From NCBI GenBank assembly GCA_013239625.1, contig MU053934.1, positions 11,199,003-11,261,002 of the forward strand: a stretch of DNA of 62,000 bases, read 5' to 3'. Both the position numbers and the translations under genes were made by a program. Positions 26,220 through 38,342 of this stretch are shown in pieces. This stretch comes from Lama guanicoe (Eukaryota). The notes under the pieces were generated by a model. The model was not told the origin of the DNA and did not search any database. It was given only the letters and a program-made list of their open reading frames with translations. Numbering within the stretch: the first letter of the stretch is position 1; each line of letters starts with the position of its first letter.

Positions 26220-26720
26220 GTTTAACTCATCATTTTTTTCCCTATTAATCAAAATTAGGATAGGAAAGAAATTAGCATAATCCAACATTGACAATGAAGT
26301 TTTCCCATTTACTTCTCGTTCTGTGAGGGTTTTTTTAATCAGAATGATTTATGATTAATACAGTGCACATTAAAACTTTTAACCTGGTACCTTCCTAAAG
26401 TAAAAAATGTTCCCAACATATTACATTTTTAATCACATGAGTTAATTACTCTTCAGGGAAGCTGTGGAAATTCTAGGAAGGAGAGCATTACGGATTTCAG
26501 AGAAGGAGACTGAAACTGTCATTTTAATGAGAATGCAAATGAGAACTGTTAAGGTTCAGTGAAGGTCACAGAGGCTTAATCGGCAAATTATTATGGCCAT
26601 TTATTGCCAGTAACAAATGAATATTAAAAGCTATTGTTTTAACAGATTAGATCTCCAAATTATTGTTATTTCAAAATTTCTCAGGTGTTTGAGATGCAAC
26701 TTAAGGGTCATTAAATGCTG
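26220..26720. promoter_or_regulatory. Candidate conserved enhancer (AT-rich island)
   Basis: About 500 bp of non-repetitive AT-rich sequence in a GC-rich background, with many TAAT cores, TGATTTATGA (26345-26354) and the octamer ATGCAAAT (26533-26540). Confidence 0.55.
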
Positions 26721-29700
26721 AGATCCTCGTCCCACCCAGCACCCTGTCCTACACGTGTTCTCTCGCAAAGATGCGGGCACACTGGTGCCCGGATGTCGGG
26801 GTTCTCCGGCTGGGCTCTGCAGGGATGCTGTGGGCAGGCATCTCACCCAGGGGTGGTCCTGCCGCCTCTCATGGGTGGCCCCTCTGTGTCTGCGGAGGTC
26901 CCTGGAGAGTGGCCGTGTGGCAGGCGAGGCCAGGGTTCAGGGTCAGCGAAGGTGGAGGCAGGGGATGCTCGGGTAAACGCCAGCATCAGAGGAGCGGGTG
27001 GAGATGGCAGACTCCCTGTCCCACGAACGCCGAGCCCTGGGGCAGCCTGTCTCCATCCGCTCACTGCTGATTCCAGGGCACTGCCCGTGGTCTGGTCCAT
27101 GGAGGGTGGGCTGGGGCTCTTTGAGGGTCTGGGAGTGGAGTGCAGGCTGGTGGCACGGGGGCTGTGGATCAGCGCTCCTCTTGGCCCTGCGGCCAGGCTG
27201 GCTTCCCAAGTCTCTGGCCCCTTCTCATCCCGGCCCGCAGACGTCCGCTCCTCCTGTGATGTCAGAGCAGGGCCCTCTGCTCCAGCAGCCAGGGGGTGGG
27301 AGGCAGACCCGCCCCTCCCAGGGCCTCAGGGCTGCTCTGGGGGGCATCGCCGCCAGCCCATCCCCATGGCCTTGGCTGGCACCTGTCCCTTCACACAGCC
27401 CCGTTCAGGTGCATCTGCGTCTTCAAAAGGAAGACGCATCTTTATTGGAGAGAGAAGGAAACACGCGGAAGGGAAGTTAACCCCGGAAGTGCCGGGGCAT
27501 GGAGCCCGCTGTGGGCTGCGGGCACCCAGGGGTCTGAAGCCACCTGCAGCCAGGTGAGCCCCTCAGCAAAGGACTCAGAGAAGAGGTGACCTTCGCTGGG
27601 TGACCTCATCTCAGCCCCTCCTCCGTAGCTGAGGGCCCAAGGCTGATGGCCCGGGAGCCACATCCATCTCCCCAGAAGCAGGGCCGCATCCTCCCAGACC
27701 AGGGTCCTTGGACGTCCAGCACGGCTGGTGTGAGGTTATGGGCAGTGAGACTCTCCCCTTGACCTGACCTCCCCTCTCCCTGCCTGAGAGATCGCACAGC
27801 CGGGTGTCTTGGTGCCTGGGACTCGCATCCTGGCCTCAGCCTCAAACTGTGAAGCCTGCTCCTCAGGGCAGCCTGCTGTGTTGGTAGTTCTGAAAGGGTG
27901 ACCTGTGGGACCACCCATGGGAGGTGACGTCATGTGGGCCTGGGAGTGGGACAGAGGAGATGAGAGACAAGTCAGTCTTAGCCAGACCCCGAGGGGTCCA
28001 GGGGAAGAGGCGGGGTCCTTTGGAGGAGTGCTTCCCAGCCCCCGTCCCCGGGCTGCGCGGAGGTGGGGGAGAGCTGGCCCCCCCGTCCCGGGAGCAGCCC
28101 CCTGGGGCTGTAGCTGCGTCTCCACCCCGCACACGCGGGAGGAGTGATTACGTGTAATGGAAGACAAGGTTCTGGAGGTACGTCACTAGGAGCTGCAGCT
28201 CACACACGGACACACACCTGCTGAGCCGCGGTGATTAATAGATTTATTTAAATCGGCCTCTGCCATCCAGATCCATCTGGGGAGGGACGTGTCCCGGGTC
28301 GGCCCATGTTGGGATGCCTCTGGTTTGTGAAAGGAAGCCGGGGATCCCAGAGAGGGCCCGGGACAGCAGGGGCCCAGGGCGGACTGCCAGCAGGAGCGAT
28401 GGGGCCGTGACTCCGGACAAGGGGACGCCGTTCCCACTGACAGCCGGACGAAGGCCAGGTGTGCGGGTCCCCAGAGGGGCTCGCGGGGGCAGAGCCCCAG
28501 TGAGACGCTGAGCCGCAGAGACCCAGGGCACCCGCTCACCTCAGGGCTGGGCCGTACCCTTAACCGCTGGTCTGGGCTCCACGTGCGGCCCGTGGGGGCC
28601 TCGTCTCAGGGTCTAACGGGAGGCAGCTCAGTTGGCTGGTTCTCAGCCACTGCCTGCCACCCGCCTCCCGCCTTCAGAGGCTGACTGCCTGGGAGTCACT
28701 CCCCAGTGGAGGCACCCAGCTTCCTCCAGCCCGGACCCCAGTCAGGCCCCAGTGCACGGGGGCGCCTTGTGCGCGGGTCTCCCTTCTGAGCGGCCAGCCC
28801 TCGGCACGTGACGTGACAGGGAGTGTGGCCCCTGAGCAAGCTGCACACTGAGCACAGTGGCACCAGAACCTGCTGCCAGAGGCCCCTCCGCTGGCGCCTG
28901 AGTCCGAGGGTCCACCCCGACTGGGAGCGGGAGGTGCCTTTGCTGTGAAGGTCGTCTCTGGGTGGTGGCTGGAGGGGCCGAGGGCAGCATGGGCCAGGAG
29001 CCGGTACCCACTTCGGCCCCATGGCTGCTGGTTCTCGGGCAGCTTCCAGGCTCCTACTGCGCCTGCTGCTCCCCAGAAGGTGCTAGAGGGGTGTGGTGTC
29101 AGCAGCCCCGCCCCCTGGGGGCGCCTCCATCTCCCGCCCCACCCCTGCTCGCCCTCTGCCAGCTGTGCGGGTGGGCTCCTGTCTCACCCCATGGGCCCTG
29201 TCGTCCCCTCCCTTAGCCCTGAGGCGAGACGGTGCCTTCGGCCGTGCCACGCCCCCGTCAGATCGCAAGCTCGCTCCTGGGGGCCAGATCTCCTGTGTCC
29301 CTGCTGAGCCCTGCAGCCAGGGTAATTACTGGGTGAAGGGGTGAGCCGCTCAGGGGAGAAGCCTGGGAGCCCCCACACCAGGCTGCGGGGGAGGGGGAGG
29401 GAGCCCTGCACGCCTGGGGCCCGGGGCTTCTCTGAGACCCGCGTCCTCTGGCCAGAAAGGCTGGTGCGTGTTTGTTATAATGTCCCCATCCTGAGTGTCA
29501 CACCCCTGGGCCTCTAGCTGGTGTGAGACAGACCCTGGCTGCCCCGGGAGGAACCTTGGGTCCCAGGCTCAAGTTCTGACATAAAATGTCGGAAAACAAC
29601 CAAAACACGTCAGGTGTACCTCGCTCTGGAGGAGGCCCTGGGGAGTTCTGTGCATGCTGGCCAGCAGGAGGAGAGGGGGTGTCTGAGAGTGCGCTGTCTT

Positions 29701-30249
29701 GTGGGCCCCCCGGAAATGGGCCCGAGAGTGTATCCAGAGGCCCTGTGCGTGGTGAGGCCGGAGCTGGGGCCACCCCCTGTTCTGTCTGGACCACGGCGTC
29801 CCGTTGAGTCTGGTCCTCACCGTGGCCTTGCAGAGCGATGACCTTTCCTTCCTGTGGGCGCCAGGGGAGCCCCGCGCACGGCCAGCGCTTTCCCGGAGCC
29901 AGTCCTGGGGACTGAGGGGGCTCCCTTGTGGACATGAAGGAAGCCGTCAGGGCCAGAAAGCTGGGTCGGAGTCGGGGCAGCCGGGCGGGCTCAGAGGGAG
30001 CCGCCAGTCCCGCCCGCCCGGGGGAGGCGGGGCTGGGGAGCCCTGCGGTCCACCGAACAACCCCCGTCGGCCCTCGGGCTCACACGCCCCCGCCCTGCTC
30101 GGTCCTGGAGGAAAGGCAGAGGCCCGCACAGGACGAGCGGGTCCCTGCTGGAGGGAGGCAGTGTGGGCGCCTGCATTCCTGGGCACACAGGCCTCAGGGA
30201 GCAAGGGCGGGTGCCCATGTGACAACAGCAGCACGGACGCTGGAGACGG

Positions 30250-30566
30250 GTGCTGGGCTGTGTCCCCCAGACTCCTGTGCGGAAGCCCTAATGCGCCAGC
30301 ACCTCAGCAGGAGATGGGTCACAGGGGTGGGCCCTGATCCTACACAGCTGGGCTCCTCAGAAGAAGAGGAGATCGGGACACACGCACACAGAGGGACAAC
30401 CACGTGGGGACACACGGACAAGACGGCGTCTGCAGCCCAGGAGAGAGGCCTCCGGACGAACCAGCCCTGCGGAACCTCAACCTTGGGCCTCCAGGCCACA
30501 CCCTGTGGGACAGCGAGTGTCTGTTGTTTAAGGCCCCCGTCTGGCGTCACGGCCGCTGGGCAGAGC
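30250..30566 (+). mobile_element. MLT1A/B-like solo LTR
   Basis: tgtgtccccc…gaagccctaa…gggtgggccctgatcc…agaagaggagat…agacggcgtctgcagcccaggagagaggcctc…ctgttgtttaagg. Confidence 0.8.
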
Positions 30567-31699
30567 GCTGCAAGGGGGCGGCGGGCTGGCGGTACCGAGG
30601 ACAGCTCCCACCCCTGGGGCCCGAGGGGGAGCCTGGTCTCCCCGGGGGCCTCGTATCCATCACCCCACCTGCAGGCCTGGCTCCTGGGGACACAGGTGGC
30701 AAGCCTCACGCTGCCTGTGGCTCCCGGTGGAAGAGCCCCCCAGCAGAGGTGTGGCCCCACGTACGGTGCCACTTCTCTGCCTTCCAGGGCAGAGCGTTTG
30801 GGGGGGGGCGCCTGCACGTCCGAAGGATCGGCACAAGTTCCTGGGGACGGGGAGGTGACAGGAACTCCCAGATGGAGGGGGTGGAGGCTGGGCCTGCGCC
30901 AGCTCATCCTTGCTCTGCGCCACCGTCGCGCCATCCCAATACAGTCATTACTGCGTCGTCACTCTCCGCGGCTGCATCGTAATGTGAGCTTATGTTCAAT
31001 TTGCTGGGAGCTGGCAAATCACCGTCTGCGGCTCCACGGCACACACTCATTTGCTCCTTGCCCTAGGTGTCTCTTCAAGTCTCGCGTTTTACACACAGAC
31101 AAATTAAATCTTGGTTTGAATGCGTCCCTCTCTGGAGCCGACATAATGTGCTTTAATAGCCATGGCCCCTCTTGGGGGGTTGGAGCCGCAACCATCTGCA
31201 TTTTCAAGCGGCAGGTTAACTACAGGGACGTACCCTCCAAGCCAATAATGAAGTTACTAGACGGAGTCGGGGCCCAGGTGGGTCCAGGCGGCTCCCCTGC
31301 TGGGGCCGGGCGAGCATGGCCATTAGGGGCAGCGGCGCCTGGGGGAAGTCTTTCTCTGTTCCTGCCTTTGTTGTTCCTCTGGCTGACCAAGACACGTGTC
31401 TGGAGCCTGGTCCATGTGCAGCCTCTGGGAGATGGGAGCCTAGAGCTGGGGTCCAGGAGCTGCAGGCAGGCGAGGTCCCAGTGGGCACGTGGACTGGCTG
31501 GCGAGGACCACAGTGCAAGCACCTGCAGTGGGAGGGCTGGTGGTTCACGAGGTCCAGAAAGATACCCTGAGCGCCCGTGTGGGCCAGACAGAGGGGCCAA
31601 GTGCGGTCCTGCCCATGGGCGTCCACCCACAGCCCCCAGGCTCCAGGGCAGAGTGTGTGAACAGGCGCCCAGTGGAAGTATGCAATTAGCAGGTGTTAA

Positions 31700-31969
31700 G
31701 TGTGGACTGAGCCATGCCCCCCAAATTCAGAGCTGCAGCCCTACCCCCAGTGTGATGATGCTAGGGGTGATTAGGTCGTGAAGTGGGGCCCCCCGGGGGT
31801 CAGGCAGGAAAGCAGGCAGCGTCTGCAGCCAGGAGCAGAGCATCCGCAGGAGCCAAGGCAGCAGCGCCTGGATCTTGGACATCCAACCCCCAGAGCTGTG
31901 AGGAGCGAAGGTAGGCCCTGTAAGCCCCTCTCTGTGCTATTTGTTACGCAGCCCAGGCTGACCTGGACA
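31700..31969 (+). mobile_element. MaLR LTR (MLT1A-like), internally deleted
   Basis: tgtggactga…ccccaaattca…cccccagtgtgatg…gatcttggacatccaacccccagagctgtgag…ctatttgttacgcagccc…gaca. Confidence 0.7.
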
Positions 31970-34853
31970 GTGGGCCCCCAGCAGTGGATCTGCTCTGAGG
32001 CCAGTGATGACCAAGGGAGGGGCTGCCTGCTCCGCTGGGCTTCTGCTCTGTGGGTCTGCAGGGTGTTTGTACTGCTGTGGCCTGGCCGGGTGCAGCCCCG
32101 CTGCGGGCTCAGAGGCTCAGAGCATCCTTCTGGGTGCAAAGACAGACACACCGAGTCTGTGGTGGATGCAGTGCCTGGAGAGCTGAGCCCTTCCCTGCTG
32201 CGTGGCTGCAGGAGCTTCCTCAGCACGGATCACCGTGGTCCCGGGGATGGATGCCGGAATCTTTTGGCTGTTCCGTGGACAGTGAGGCTGATCTGGAAGT
32301 GAGCGGGGTTGTGGCTGTCTGCACCCAGCGGGCAATGGTGGGAGTGTTTCCACCGTGTTTAGGTAAAAAAGTGCACCCACACTGTCGGTTCGCTGTCTGG
32401 CCAGGCCCTCACGGGCACCCATGGTCTCATTCGTGGCCTCAGTTCTCATTCGTGACCACGGTTTCCAGGATCCACCTTGGGTCCTGGACGTGCTTTCCGC
32501 TGTGCCGTGAGGGCCTCGTGTCCACACTGGGTGGCTGTCCCCTGGGCCGCTGCCCCTGTTCTGCTGATGCAGCTGCCTCCCTGGGTTTCTGGGTCCCTGA
32601 GTGTGACCTCCAATGAAAACATGCGTCAGTTTATAAACCTGACAGTTTATGAAACGTTCACACCCACTCTCTTACTCACTCCTCTCAATAGTTTGCAGGT
32701 TCGCCAGGGCTGAGATGATCGACTTTTGCTATTACCGAGGTGAGGATGGCAACACTGGGGCCAAGCATCCCCCCAAGAAAGTTCCAGACGGCAGCAGGCG
32801 CAACATGGCACGCGCGCAAACAAGGCACGCCCGCGTGTCTGAAATCGATAAGCCATCTCTGAAACTTGCCTCGGGCTCTGACCTTACTTAGCAGCTGATG
32901 GCTGGGCTACCGGCGCTGCTGGTCAGGGTCCGGCCCAGCCTCGCACACGCTGGACGAGGCAGCATGTGACCCACGCGATCCCCGTCCCTCTGCTGTGGGG
33001 CCGGGGGGCACCTCACGGCGGGCTCCAGCTGCCAGGCTCTGGGGGCCCTGCCCTGCCCTCCTTGTCAGGGATCAGTGATGGCAAGTACGTCTTGGTGCCA
33101 AGACTCGAGCTGGACAGCTCCGGGCGCCCAGGGGTGCAGAGAAGGCACCAGCATCGTCGCCGCTGACGCCGCCGTTAGTACCCTCAGCCCTCACTCCCGA
33201 GACCCTCCTGGAAAGTGGAGGGATGTCTATGGGGAGGTTCCCCGGCAGCAGATGGCCTGAGACTCCCACGGGGAGACCACATCTCAGTGGGAAGCCCACC
33301 CCCATCCCGCAGGGCTGGCATCTCACCTGGGGAGCGGTGGCCAGGACCCCGGGGCCAGGGCGCCCCCATTCCTGGTCCCTTCACTGTCCGGCTTGTGTCT
33401 GGGTATCAGGGGACAGCACAGGGCCTGACCCCTTCTCTACAGGGAGAGAAGACACTCGCAGATTTCCAGATCTCCCCAGATCCACTGGGGCTGCGTCCAC
33501 GGGCGTCTGCTGCCTTTCCCGCCCTTTCTCTCCTGACCCGGGCGAGGACGGGGGCCCTCTGTGCAGGGAGGGGTGCCAGGGCCCTGGGTGGACTGCAGGC
33601 CAGAACCTGAGAGCTCCATGCCCAGTGGGCAGTGCCACTTCAGGCCAGATGCTGGACTGAACCGGGCCTCCCACTCCCCTGCAGCCAAACCATGGCCTCT
33701 GACCTTCAGCCATTTCTCTGACGTTTAGCAAACAGTGCCAGCTGCCACCTCCTCGGACTCTCAGCCAGCCCTTTGTGTGGACCCAGTGAGGACTCCTGTG
33801 GACAAGGGGCCGGTCCTCACCCTGGGGGTCGTTTGCGCATTTCTCCAGAGGGGATGGCAGTGGGTGGTTAGGTTGGGAGGACAAACGGGCAGTCTCCTGA
33901 GCTTCGAATGGTCTGCCTGGCCTCACCAGTGGCCTGAGGGGTAAGTAGCAAACTCTGTAGGGGACTGGAGAAGCCGGCCCAGCCATCTGCGTCCCTGGAT
34001 GCAGGATGGCAGGCGGTGATGCTCCCCGCATCTCCTTCTGGGGCATTTGGTCCCCAGAGGGAGTCTGCGCCTGCACTCAGGCGAGGACCTCTTGCTGCCC
34101 CGACGGTCATGGCATCCTGGGAAGGTGCCGCTCCCAGGTCTCCAGCTCTTCCCTCACAACTGGAGTGGTCCCCACGCCCTCTGAGGAGCAAGGGTCACGG
34201 GGCATTTGAACAGGCCTCCAGCTTCCTGAGCAGGGCCCTAGGGCGTTGGCTCCTGGATGGACAGCATCTTCACGTCCAGGAGGTGGAGGTCAGGAGCCCT
34301 GAGGGAGAGCTGCTGGGTGTTGATCTGACTGCCTTGCCGTGTGGGACAGCTGCTCTCCCCCCGCCTGTCCTGGGCAGCTTCCTGCCAGGACCCACGGGCT
34401 CCCTCCCAGGTCTGTCCTTCCTGGGCGGGCAGCACAGACTGCTCCTCAGCTGTTTTCTTTAGAAAGGATGCCCATACAGCAAGGGCACCTTGGTCTGGGT
34501 GCCCCAAAGCAGCCCAAGACGAGGACAAGCCTGCCGTGGTGTTTGGGAAGTGACTGGAGGAAATAGCTCTGAGGAAGGAGACAGGAGTTGGGAGAGAAGG
34601 AAGAGCGGTCAGCAGGGTGATGGTCTCCCAGTCACCGCTGTGGGCAGCTGGGCCCCGCCCTGGTGGGGACAGACCACGGCTGCCCCCACGAGAGCACGCA
34701 GAGACAGTTATCCGGAGCCCGAGGCTGGTCGTAGGGGGCAGGGGGGGGGTAACTGGACAGAAGAGTGACAGCCGAGCTCCCAGTCCCTGCCAGAGAGAGG
34801 CAGGGCCTGGGGCGGCTGCAGCACTGACCAGAACCGGGAGTCCTTGTGACCGC

Positions 34854-35388
34854 GTTGCAGAAAAGTGTACGACAGCTCAGTTGTGACAGCAGCATGGATC
34901 CTGGAGAGAGACCCAACAGCACTCAGAGGGTGGAGAACTCAGTTTATTACGCCAGCGGGCCCAGAGGAGTTAGCACTCCAAGCTCTGAACCCTGTCTGTA
35001 GGTTTACACAGGCTTTTCTAGGCTGCCAGTTTACACTTTGCAACATCATATGCAAATAAGGTATAACAAAAGTTGACTAATTAGGAACAAGTTTTGTAGA
35101 AATGGACCAATCAGGTGGGAGAGAAATAACCAATCAGGAGTGAGGGAAATGGACCAATCAGGAGTGAGCTCCATGCAAATAAAGCACTACAAATGGACCA
35201 ATCAGGAGTGAGCTCAGGAAACCAATAGAATTTTAGGGGTAAGTTCCACTTTCCTAGAAGTAAGCCGATTCAGAGGCAAAGTGTGAGATCAAGCTGCTGG
35301 GCCAGGGAACCAGATGGTAGTGGCAGGGGAGCAGTGGCCCTGGCTGGGGGTCCTGCAGGTCTTTTTTTATGGGTCTTCCCACCTCAAC
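34854..35388 (-). mobile_element. Younger ERV-type solo LTR (family not identified)
   Basis: About 535-bp block, poorer in GC than its flanks, with short inverted ends GTTG…CAAC. Read on the minus strand it has a repeated CCAAT/octamer region, a TATA-like TAGAAAA (35014-35020) and AATAAA (34943-34948), i.e. U3-R-U5 order. Confidence 0.75.
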
Positions 35389-35530
35389 TGTGGGGGGCAT
35401 ATCTGGCTCTCCTTGGTTGGTCCTGAGTTGGTATCGGGGATAAAACAAGGGAAGCTTGTGGTCACTGACCACACCCTGGACATTTGCAGGGATGGCTGTA
35501 GGGGCGGGTTGTGGGTCACAGTTCTAGGTC
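35389..35530. mobile_element. Older ERVL-type LTR fragment (MER73/MER74-like), interrupted by the younger LTR
   Basis: gcatatctggctctccttggttggtcctgagttgg…gggataaaacaagggaagct resembles a recalled ERVL LTR consensus and appears to continue from gagtccttgtgac just left of 34854. Confidence 0.5.
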
Positions 35531-36397
35531 ACATATGATCTGGCCCTTGTCCATAGAATGCCAACTGCCTCCTAGTGGCCAGGGTGGGACAGACGGCAGA
35601 GGCTGGAGCCGGGGGTGGCAGCATGGCACCCTGACAGCCTAGAACTTCTCTGGGGGACACTGGCCATGGTCAGGGGCAGGGCAGGTGGGAGGTTGGACAG
35701 AGCCCCTGCAGGGCCACACAAGCTCAGGTGGGGTGTGGGCCTGGGGAACGTGTCATGACCCGCTATCAAGGCCACATGCTGGACAGAGGTTTAGACCTGA
35801 GAATGTGCAGCCGGGGTGGCGTTCCTCGGTACCGGCTGCGGGGGCCAGGTAGTGGCTCACCCAGATGTGGAGAGAGGCAGGAACACAGATGTCCCCAAAT
35901 CCCACTTGACAAAGAGAGGAGACTCCTTCTCACAGCAGCAGCTGTGGGGAAGCCTCCTGTTCTAGCTTTAAAAGCGCATGAGACTCAATCCCCAGCAGCA
36001 TTTTAAAAAATGTTCAAAAGGCTGGAGCCACCAATCTTTTACCATTTCTGGCTCTGCGTGGCTCCACCCGACTTGCTCTGCCTGTTGGCGAGGAATCTGG
36101 CATTTTCCTCCCTCAGATGGAGGCCTTTTGGTGTCTGCATAGAAGCCTTGTTATTCTCGAGTCTCAGCTTCTGAAAGTTCTCTGCCACGTTGGACCTCTG
36201 TCTTGCCGCCCACCCAGCCCTTGGGAAGCTCAGCCCTTGGGAAGCTCCTGTTGGCCCCAATCACAGCATGTGCCCCATAGGGCTAGGATTACCCAGGAGC
36301 TGTGTCCATGTCCTCCAGGTGCAGGCTCAGAACAGGTTTGGGTCTGCTTTCCTCCTGAACGTTTCTTGTCTCAACCAGAGCCAGGCACAGGTAAAGA

Positions 36398-36855
36398 ATG
36401 GATGGATGTACAGATGGGTGGATAGAAAGAAGGATATATGGCTGGCTGGATGGATGGATAGGTGGGTGAATGGGTAGATGGATGGACGGGTGAATAGATG
36501 AATAGGTGGATGGAGGGATGTACAGTTGGGTAGATAGAAGGAAAGATGGATAGACAGATGGGTATGTGGATGGATAGATGGATGATGGACAAAAAATGAA
36601 GGATGGATGGATGGATGGATAATGAATGATGAATAGATAGATGATAGGTGGGTGGGTGGACAGGTGGATTGATGGAAGGATGGGTGGTTAGATAGGTGGT
36701 AGATGGCTGGTGGATCTGTGAGAAATGTATGATGAATGTCCAGGTGGATGAATAGATGGATGGATGTATGGATGTCCAGACAGAAGGAAATGGATAGGTA
36801 GATGGATGGATGTGTGGATGAAGGACGGATGGATGGATGGATGGATGATGGATGG
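36398..36855. repeat. Degenerate (GGAT)n/(TGGA)n microsatellite
   Basis: About 460 bp of ggat/agat/gggt variants. Confidence 0.97.
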
Positions 36856-36939
36856 TGAAGCAGTGAAGTAGCTCTGAGCATGTGATAGCCTCCTCAGGGA
36901 GCAAGGGCTGCCCGGTCTTCCCGAACCCAGCCCGTCCTG

Positions 36940-37025
36940 GCGTGGCTCTGGGCAGGTCCTGAGCTCCCTGAGCCTCGGTTTCCTCAGCAGTAAGTGGGGA
37001 GCCTCTGCCTCAGAGTCCTGTGAGT
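36940..37025 (+). mobile_element. MIR SINE fragment
   Basis: gtggctctgggcagg…ctccctgagcctcggtttcctcagcagtaagtgggg matches the MIR core. Confidence 0.65.
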
Positions 37026-37149
37026 CCTGTGTGGTGTGTGGCCCACGGCAGGGCTCTGGCTGTGAGCGTGGTCTGGGGGCCGTGTCGGGGGCTGGCCCTT
37101 CTTGCTCTTCTGCTCACCTGGTGGTTTGGGGGCTTAAGCTTGTTGGCAC

Positions 37150-37330
37150 AGTGGGTCTAGTTCATTCCTTTTCCTCTGCTACATAGTATCCAAGCTTGTG
37201 GCTCTGCTTGGCGTCACCCTTCCCTGTAGGAAGGGGTTCCCGTTGTTCGGATGGTTCTAAGGTGTTGCTACAAAGAAACTGCTCTGAGTCGTGTGGTGTG
37301 TGTGTGGCCCGCTCTGGGGCATCCTGTGGG
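37150..37330 (-). mobile_element. Old L1 (L1M-type) fragment
   Basis: tagttcattccttttcctctgctacatagtatcca is a typical antisense L1M 3' motif. Confidence 0.55.
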
Positions 37331-38342
37331 ATGTGACTTTCAGATTTAAAGCTGTGGCATCTTGAATTTGACTGTATTTCCTCAAGGATACTTCAACAGG
37401 AAATCACTGTTTTTAAACAAAACCAAAATCTCTGTGGTTGCTTCCCAGAGGGCAGGCACAGCTTTCACGCAGAGGCAGTGAACTGGCCGCGTCCCACCCT
37501 CGCTGGCCCTTGCGGCCCAGGGGAGGGCACCGTGCGCACACCTGTTCCGGGGGGCCGCGGTTCCCTCGCAGGCTCACTAGGAGACACCGAGCGAACGGGG
37601 TGCATCAAGTTCACCTGAAGTGTGAGAGTGAGTCACTGCATGCGGAGGGCGCTCGGGGACTTCACAGGGGAGGCAGGGCAGCTGCGGTCCGGGCGGAGGT
37701 CAGAGCCGCACAGCGACTGCTGCGTTGGCCGGTGAGGCTGGCCAGCCAGGTGCAGGGGGCTGCCGGGTCCTGAGGGGCCGGCTGGGGGGCAGGTCTGTTC
37801 CTCCAAGGGGCCTCAGTCTCCCCTGCCCCACCGCTCACCCAGTTCTCACCGGGGCGTCACACCCTCTGGGCTCCTTCTGGGCACCTGGCACAGGTGGGTG
37901 AGGTCCTCGGGGTGCAAAGCTCGCAGCCCTGCTCCCTCGGAGGCCCAGGCCACGGCTGCGGTGGGGGCGGCGGCGGGATGCGGCGGGGCAGGTGACCCTG
38001 TGGTGTGTGCCTTCTGCCTGATCAGCTCTAATCCAAGTCTGAGCCCTGAGGAAAAGATCGAGGTGTGGGACTAAGAAGCTGGCAGAGGCCACACAGCCGG
38101 GCCTGGGACCGTGGCCCTCCCAGCCGGTGGCCGTGTGGCCGTGCTCGGTGGGTGCGCACACCTCTGGCCGGAGGATTGTGGCGACTAGGAGCAGAGCCTG
38201 GCCCAGCTCGACGGTTGAAGTGGTGCCTGTGGGTGGCGGGGTCCTGCAGTGGCCAGGATGGGGATGAGGGTGAGGCGAGCAGGACCCCACCTCAGACACA
38301 AGATCTAAGGGACGCCAAATAATGTCCCAACAGGTGTAACTT

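Noticed and set aside
29928..31781. 617-aa ORF on the + strand
   Set aside because: Runs through two MLT1 LTR remnants, has G/A/P/R-rich composition and no recognisable domain; expected from stop-codon scarcity at high GC.
35100..35230. Repeat-spacer-like array resembling CRISPR
   Set aside because: Mammalian DNA, irregular short spacing and no cas genes; these are LTR U3 enhancer repeats.
36327..36904. His/Pro/Ser/Ile-rich ORFs
   Set aside because: Translation of the (TCCA)n microsatellite.
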